From Hydrurus foetidus (Eukaryota), in NCBI GenBank assembly GCA_900617105.1, contig UYFQ01000130.1, positions 1 to 38,678 of the forward strand: a stretch of DNA of 38,678 nt, read 5' to 3'. The position numbers and the translations under genes were made by a program. The notes beneath the pieces are model-generated. The model was given only the letters and a program-made list of their open reading frames with translations. It was not told where the DNA came from and made no database searches. Of the stretch, positions 32,413 through 38,678 are shown in pieces. Each line of letters begins with the position of its first letter. Positions within the stretch are counted from its first letter, which is position 1.

Positions 32413-32665
32413 AAATAAAGTTGCTACGCTGCTGCAATGACCAGCAAGCAGGTGCAGTGGATCAAACGCTGCGGTCAAGTCGTGACCGCAGCGTTTCAAA
32501 AGATGTGATGCATGCATGTGAGATAGCTATGCAACGAGACTTGCGTCTCTCAGTTATAAATCATGTGGATGGAAGACTATTCGGTATACGGGACTGCCCG
32601 GTCGCATGGAATTCCGATCCAGAGAACCTATCCTACCCTCCGTAAGCTCCGATTATCCTCTAATT
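32413..32665 (+). repeat. Solo copy of the 253-bp A repeat, likely the 5' end of an element
   Basis: Near-identical to 27297-27549 and 27873-28125. Confidence 0.9.
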
Positions 32666-32858
32666 TGCGCTGTCAACGGAAGTTTGCATCGGCGCATGAA
32701 AGTTTAAAGATGAGGTCTACAGTAATTCGGACGCCTAGGGAGTCAATCTACTACAGATACTGCGTGAGCATCTTCGAAGGAGTGCCTAGTCTGTTATCGA
32801 CAGCGAAGCCCTAGCCAGTCCTGTTTGTTTTCTCTATTTTTACTAGTGTTTTTCAACG

Positions 32859-33924
32859 ATGTCATCAGGGTCAAGTAATCAATTACCTAAAGAGAATGTG
32901 GAATTGTCTGATGAGGAATCTAACAATGGAGCTCCAACTGAAGTCAACCCACAGAAACGGCCTAAATTCAATCGAGATTCAAACACAGGCTATGGTCCTA
33001 AATACACTTTAGCGAATGCAGTCTGGCAAGCAAAGTTATTCGCTGCGGCATATTATGAGCCTTCCAGCACTACAGAGGAAGGACAAGGTTTCACTGAAAG
33101 CCTATCAAAAATAGTTCTGGCAAAACATGCGTAAATGGGACTACCAATAATGATTCCAGCAGATACTCCAAATAAAAACGAGTTGCTAAACGGAGACGAG
33201 TTGCTATCTCCACTCACCAGCTAAAGTTGAACTACAGGCTGGGCAGTTTTTAGTCTATGAAACTCCTGATCAATTTCTCACACCTCTAGGAATCAATGAG
33301 GTGGCTGTCAAAGGAATGTTATCTAAGCCGGGATTAGAAGAGCTAACACCTCTTTCAACTTATCGAGTAAGGAGTTCTGACTTAAGTATAACGGATGAAT
33401 CAGGTAAGCCAATAGTTGGCGAGAAGGCTAAACAGAGTGGACTGTACTGTGTACTTGACCTGAATGGTATATTAAGGCCATGTTCTGGGAAGAGTGAAGG
33501 AGTTAAGAGAATGAGTAAAGTTGGTGGAATGATTAGACTGCTCGGCTGGGAGAGATTTCAAAAATTGGTATTGGATTTGGACTATAACTCAAAGCACTTC
33601 ATGACAAACTGTCAGCGGTACGAGGAAAGCGCTGCAGATTTGCCTGTCACGTCAACATTTAAGACACTGGGCAAACTCAGCCATATCAGTGACTTGCCTG
33701 TTTTTACAAACAATATTGGGACTGTGTAATATTGGGGACGTACCCTCAGTACGACAGAACAGTAATCTGTCTGGGTGACTTCATCAGAACTGATTCGACA
33801 AAAGTTCAGTGGAAGAAAGAGGCGTCCCGACAGGGAAGAATCATCCTCACTGATGCTCTCAGGAATGTCGAGAAGGTCTTCGAAGTTTTCTACGGTACAC
33901 CGTATAAAAATTGTTTCGATACAA
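32859..33924 (+). pseudogene. Fragmented ORF1/gag-like coding sequence after the A repeat, truncated by Gypsy C
   Basis: Consecutive protein-like same-strand fragments (32859-33134, 33301-33729, 33732-33924); no family motif recognised. Confidence 0.45.
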
Positions 33925-34187
33925 TGTAGCCTTATTGCATCCCTATATGGATACAATGTGTCTAGGTTTACTAGGCACAATAGGCTCATTACGCCCAGAT
34001 TCCAGTTTAGGTCTTAGTTCCATATATGACGTGAGTGCTCTTAGCGTACACATCACCTTCATCTATTTAACTGTAAGATATTAACACAAGTCTTTATCCC
34101 CTCGACTTTGCCTTCGTTTGTCCACGCCTTCCATCCTCCGCCTACTCCAACTTCGCCTCCCGTCCTAGGCCCCGCCGTCAGACCACA
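33925..34187 (+). repeat. Probable 5' LTR of Gypsy C (263 bp)
   Basis: Starts TGTAGCCT like LTR A and ends ACA followed by ATAT like LTR A; the partner LTR is outside the window. Confidence 0.7.
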
Positions 34188-34292
34188 ATATCGATAGTCG
34201 GTCATCTACCGAAGTTTCCTCCGAGAAAATCTTTTCTCTTTTCCAACTTTTACCTTCGACTCTTTCTCAACTTTATCCATCACGTCAAAGTT

Positions 34293-35953
34293 ATGGCGCT
34301 ACGCCGTCAAGAAAAGAAGACATCCTCCATCAACGCCCTTCGGCGAAAGCAGCAACCTCGTGCTGTAGCCGTCGCGTTCCGACAACGCTATGACGACCAT
34401 CACAATCGTAGTGGAGACGCAGAGTCTCCTGGGCCACCTGCGGCTCAGGACCCCGCCGGCGACCTGTCTGCACCGATTCCTCAGCGGAATTCGGAGCCTG
34501 CGGTCATGTCTGTCGTTGATATTCCTGTCATTTCTGCGTTATCAGCATTGTCATTGCAACCAGCTTCGGCTGCGACACCAGCTTTTGCTGAGAATCCTAT
34601 TCCAAGGACGATGGCACCACCCCAGCAATATGTGCAAACGGGTGAGAGAGCTCCTAAGTTGAGCGCCGTGCCCTCTCGTCAGGAAGTACTACGGGTAATG
34701 GAGGTCCTCCTTTCAAATGGAACTCCATTTAAACCAGTTGACGTAGTCCATGTTTCCAACCATCAATCGTTTACAACGCTTCTCAAGCGTAAGTTTGCGA
34801 CTGATCCCGATCGTCGCGACTCCTGTAACAATTGGAAACATTGGTCGAATCAATTGTTCTGTAGAGAACTCAATCTCACAGTTCCTACATCAGCTGTCAA
34901 TCGAACTGACAAGCTGAGTTTCATTGAAACTGTCTCTCAGGTCGCACTTCAATTCGACCTGAAGGATAAATCAGTGGAAGACAAGACAGATCAGCTTTTA
35001 GCTGATATTGTTGATGGATTCCCTGATGCAACACCCGCTCTCCAACTTCAGGCAACCAAAATTCTCATCGATAAGTTGCCAGTCGAACCTATCAATTGGA
35101 GAGCAGTGTTACAGCGTAGTCTTAACAACACAACGCCAAGACTCATTACAATCGAAGACTTTCGATTCGTATGGCTTGCGCAGCTTGCTAAGCTACGAGA
35201 ATCAATTGATGCCTTACGGTTCATTGATGTCTCTCCTTTGTATGGTGATAACTCTCGCCAAATCAAAGCTCCTGCTCGTTCCTCTCAGGACAAAAATATG
35301 ACAGACCTCTCTGCACAGGTTGTGGGAGACTTGGCCATTTTGTTGCCACGTGTTTCTACACTACGTCTCCGTATTATAATAGTACTCAGACACCCTTCAT
35401 TAACTCTGAGGGTCATAAGCAATTGTTGAAAGTTGATCCACAGGCTAAGTTTATTCCAACTTTACCTAAGACAACCTCTTCTTCATCGTCTTCCTCTTCT
35501 TCTTCTTCTTCTTCTTCATCAAAACCTGCTACTTCTACAGCAGACTCGACACACACTGCGAAGAAACACAAAGGTGAGCAACTATGCAACCTAAATTCAT
35601 CATCTATTCTTTCCGATGATCCAGAACTTATTCCTTTCTTCGTATCTCCCCTCTCACAGGAGGTTATGCTGGAAAAAAGTAATAGAGTCTTTACTCTCCT
35701 GGACACCGGCTCTTTTGCTGGCAACTTTATACATCGCCGCATTATAACTAATCATAATTTCACACAATTCGTTTCTAACTCTTCAAAGAAATTGTGTAAA
35801 GTTTGTAGTGGATTAGATAATCATTGTTATGATATTTCTGACACTATAGACTTAACTCTTTCTTATTTTTGCCCTGATTTAAACGATCCCCGATCAAATA
35901 TCTGCCAATGCTTCATCAAGCACTACCTCATTAGCGGAAGTTTTATCTTCTGA
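34293..35953 (+). pseudogene. gag: gag-protease of Gypsy C (frameshifted)
   Basis: WKHWSNQLFC, PINW and DFRFVW match gag A; the CCHC knuckle lies in a shifted frame; LLDTGSFAGNF. Confidence 0.88.
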
Positions 35954-35957
35954 ACAA

Positions 35958-38678
35958 GTGGATATAACGTGTGGCTGTCAGCCTAAGGAGAAGTTGCAAC
36001 CCTCTGATGGCTCCCCAAAGGTCGATCCTTTAACCCAAAAGGTGAAACCGGCAGTAACCCAAACACACGTTATTCTAGCTTCACTAATACAAGAGTCTGA
36101 AAGACTTTTTGAGGCTGTGCCCCCTGATGAGGACGAAATCGACGACTCGATCAAGGACTCGTTTTCACCTTGGATAGATGAATTTCCTGATACTGACCCA
36201 CTCTCGCTAATAAACTTAGCAGGTGATGAAGATCAGAAAAATAAACTTCGGTTACTAGTACACGAATTCAAGGATATATTTAGCAGTGAACTTTCGGCCA
36301 CTCCTGCTGATATTCCACCCTTTGACTTTCATGTCAATGACGACCAATGGAGAGTCCTAAAATAGACAACCTCCATGGTCTAAATCAACAGTTGATCAAG
36401 CTGACATTCTTAGTCAAATTAACAAACTTGAAAAACAAAATATTGTTGAAAAATCAAACGCGGCTTATTATAGCCAAGTTTTACTAGTTCAAAATCTGAT
36501 GGAACTAAGCGCATGTGTATTGATTTTCGGAATCTCAACAATTGTACCGAAGATAAATCACATCCTATTCCACACATCGGTGAGATGTTGCGTAGAATAG
36601 GTGCACATAAAGCAAAAGTGTTTGCTGTACTTGACCTCACTCAAGGTTACCATCAAGCACCACTTACACTTGCTGCACGTGCTTATACTGCATTCATACT
36701 ATTCTGCGGAGTATATCAATTCACTCGTTTACCCTTTGGGCCTAAACAAGCACCCTCCTATTTCCAACAGATCATGACGACTGTTGTGTTAGCAGGGCTG
36801 ATATACTCTATATGCGAAATGTACATAGATGATTGCAATGTTTTCGGTAAAGACATTGACGAACTTATTTCTAGACTTCGTCTTGTTTTTGAACGTTTAG
36901 AAAACACAAAATATTCCTTAAACCGAATAAGTGTTATCTAGGCTATGCCGAAATAGACTATGTTGGCAAAGTTCTATCTGCAGATGGACTTAGAATGTCA
37001 CAAGAAAAAATACGGACTGTCTTAGATTTTCCTAAACCAGTACTATCTAAACAACTCAAAAGTTTTTTAGGATTGGTTAATTATTTTCACGACTTTGTTA
37101 GAAACGCTTCTACTGTTGTATACCCGTTACATCAGTTGCTTCTTAACTATAATAAGTATAAGAAAATAACTTGGACAATAGAAGCTCTCAGAGCATTCAA
37201 TTTGATCAAATCCGAGATTTCAAAATGCACGACTATGCACTTTTTAAGTGACACCGATCCGATTTACTTGCACACTGATGCATCGGACTATGGTGTAGGT
37301 GCCTATCTTTTCCAGTTAGTTGACGGTCAAGAAACGCCCATAGCATTTGTCAGTAAATCACTTAACAAAGCTCAGCTTCGTTGGGCTGTTATACAAAAAG
37401 AAGCATATGCTATCTTTTATTCGTGCACGTATTTAAAATCGCTATTACGTGATCGTACGTTTACATTACGTACAGATCATCGTAACTTGTTATACATCAA
37501 GGATAATTCAAATCCAATGATTGTTCGGTGGTTTATGGCCTTATCCGAATATTCATTTAAAATTGAATATATACCTGGTGCTAACAATGATATAGCTGAT
37601 TCGATGTCTCGACTCTGTCGCAATAACATGGTTGATTTCCCTCAGGAATATACTCCTGATGCAATCATGTCTGCTAATACTATTGAAAAATTCAAACTAA
37701 CACGTGATCAGTACAATACAATCAGTAAAGTACACAATTCACAAGTTGGGCATTTTGGCCTTGAGCGCACTTTAAAGCGTCTCATTGACAGAAATGAAAT
37801 TATGGCAATATATGCGTCAGCATGTCAGGTGGTTCATAGATCACTGTTCGTGTTGTCAGAAAATGAGTATGTTAAAGATACCAATACATGCTCATGGCTT
37901 CTCGACTTCTACTTACACACCTATGGAATGCCTTAACATAGACTTCATAGGACCGTTTCCAGACGGCGGGTACGTACTCGTAATTATCGATACGTTCACA
38001 AGATGGGTTGAACTGTTTCATACAGAAGATGCTACAGCACTTTCAACAGCTAAATGCCTCTTGCAACATTTCGGTCGTTTCGGCGCACCTCTCCAACTCC
38101 GTTCTGATAATGGGCCACACTTCATTTCCGAAGTTATTAGAGAGTTTCTAACTCTTATTGGCACTCAACATTGTCTTACTTTAGCATATTCTAAAGAAGA
38201 AAATGCTATTGTTGAGCGCATGAATAAAGAAGTTAATAGACATCTTCGTGCATTAACATTCGATAATGTCACACTAGAAGATTATAAAACGTCACTTCCA
38301 TTTGTGCAACGAATTTTAAATTCTAATCACAGTGACCGTTTAAAAATATCATCTTCTCAACTTCTTTTCGGAAATGTACTTAAACTCGATAGAGGTATCT
38401 TTTACCTCCTGCTGAGCGAAATGTTACTGATGACAAACCTTTGTCAAAACGTATGAGCAATCTACTAAAAACGCAAGACAGTCTTCTTAAAGTTTCTGCT
38501 AAAGAACTTCTTCGCACAGATTTGCTTCATCAAAGTCAGTCTCAAGTTTTTCAGCATGTAGAGTATCCAAAAGACTCTTATGTCTTAGTGCACTATCGCG
38601 ATGGATCCCCTCCTTCACGTCTTCACACGCATTGGAGAGGTCCATTAAAAGTCGTTAGTGGCGAAAATTCGCGTTAGA
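35958..38678 (+). pseudogene. pol: pol of Gypsy C (RT, RNase H, integrase; several frameshifts)
   Basis: ORF fragments at 35958, 36513, 36995, 37785 and 38441 are colinear with pol A. Confidence 0.92.

Larger units (their letters stand above)
33925..38678 (+). mobile_element. Ty3/Gypsy LTR retrotransposon C, related to A, multiply frameshifted, runs off the window
   Basis: gag, LLDTGS, YIDD, TDASDYG and SDNG fragments strongly similar to element A. Confidence 0.93.

Overview
Eukaryotic, transposon-only window with no recognisable host gene. Short GT-AG introns with CTAAC-like branch points and Crypton-like recombinases suggest a protist or stramenopile, but that is inference. From left to right: (1) a decayed Ty3/Gypsy chromovirus A (1-6180, minus strand). 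(2) Two diverged head-to-tail Crypton-like tyrosine-recombinase (YR) units. Each is built as conserved non-coding end, then a homogenised 170/171-bp tandem array, then an intron-containing YR gene. They are punctuated by 31-bp loxP-like inverted-repeat sites. (3) A young, intact and atypical Gypsy chromovirus B (13121-20622) inserted into the second YR gene. It has a palindrome instead of a tRNA PBS, a CCCH-finger Gag, an in-frame UAG between gag and pol, an IFDN RT motif, an antisense papain/Josephin-like ORF and a tRNA-type Pol III cassette. (4) An IS630/Tc1/mariner transposon (22476-26974) with a 66-bp minisatellite. (5) A 576-bp B-A-B-A-B' repeat block and a separate A repeat followed by a decayed ORF, resembling split direct repeats of YR retrotransposons. 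(6) A decayed Gypsy C (33925 to the window end, plus strand) related to A. All calls were made by eye; no searches were run.
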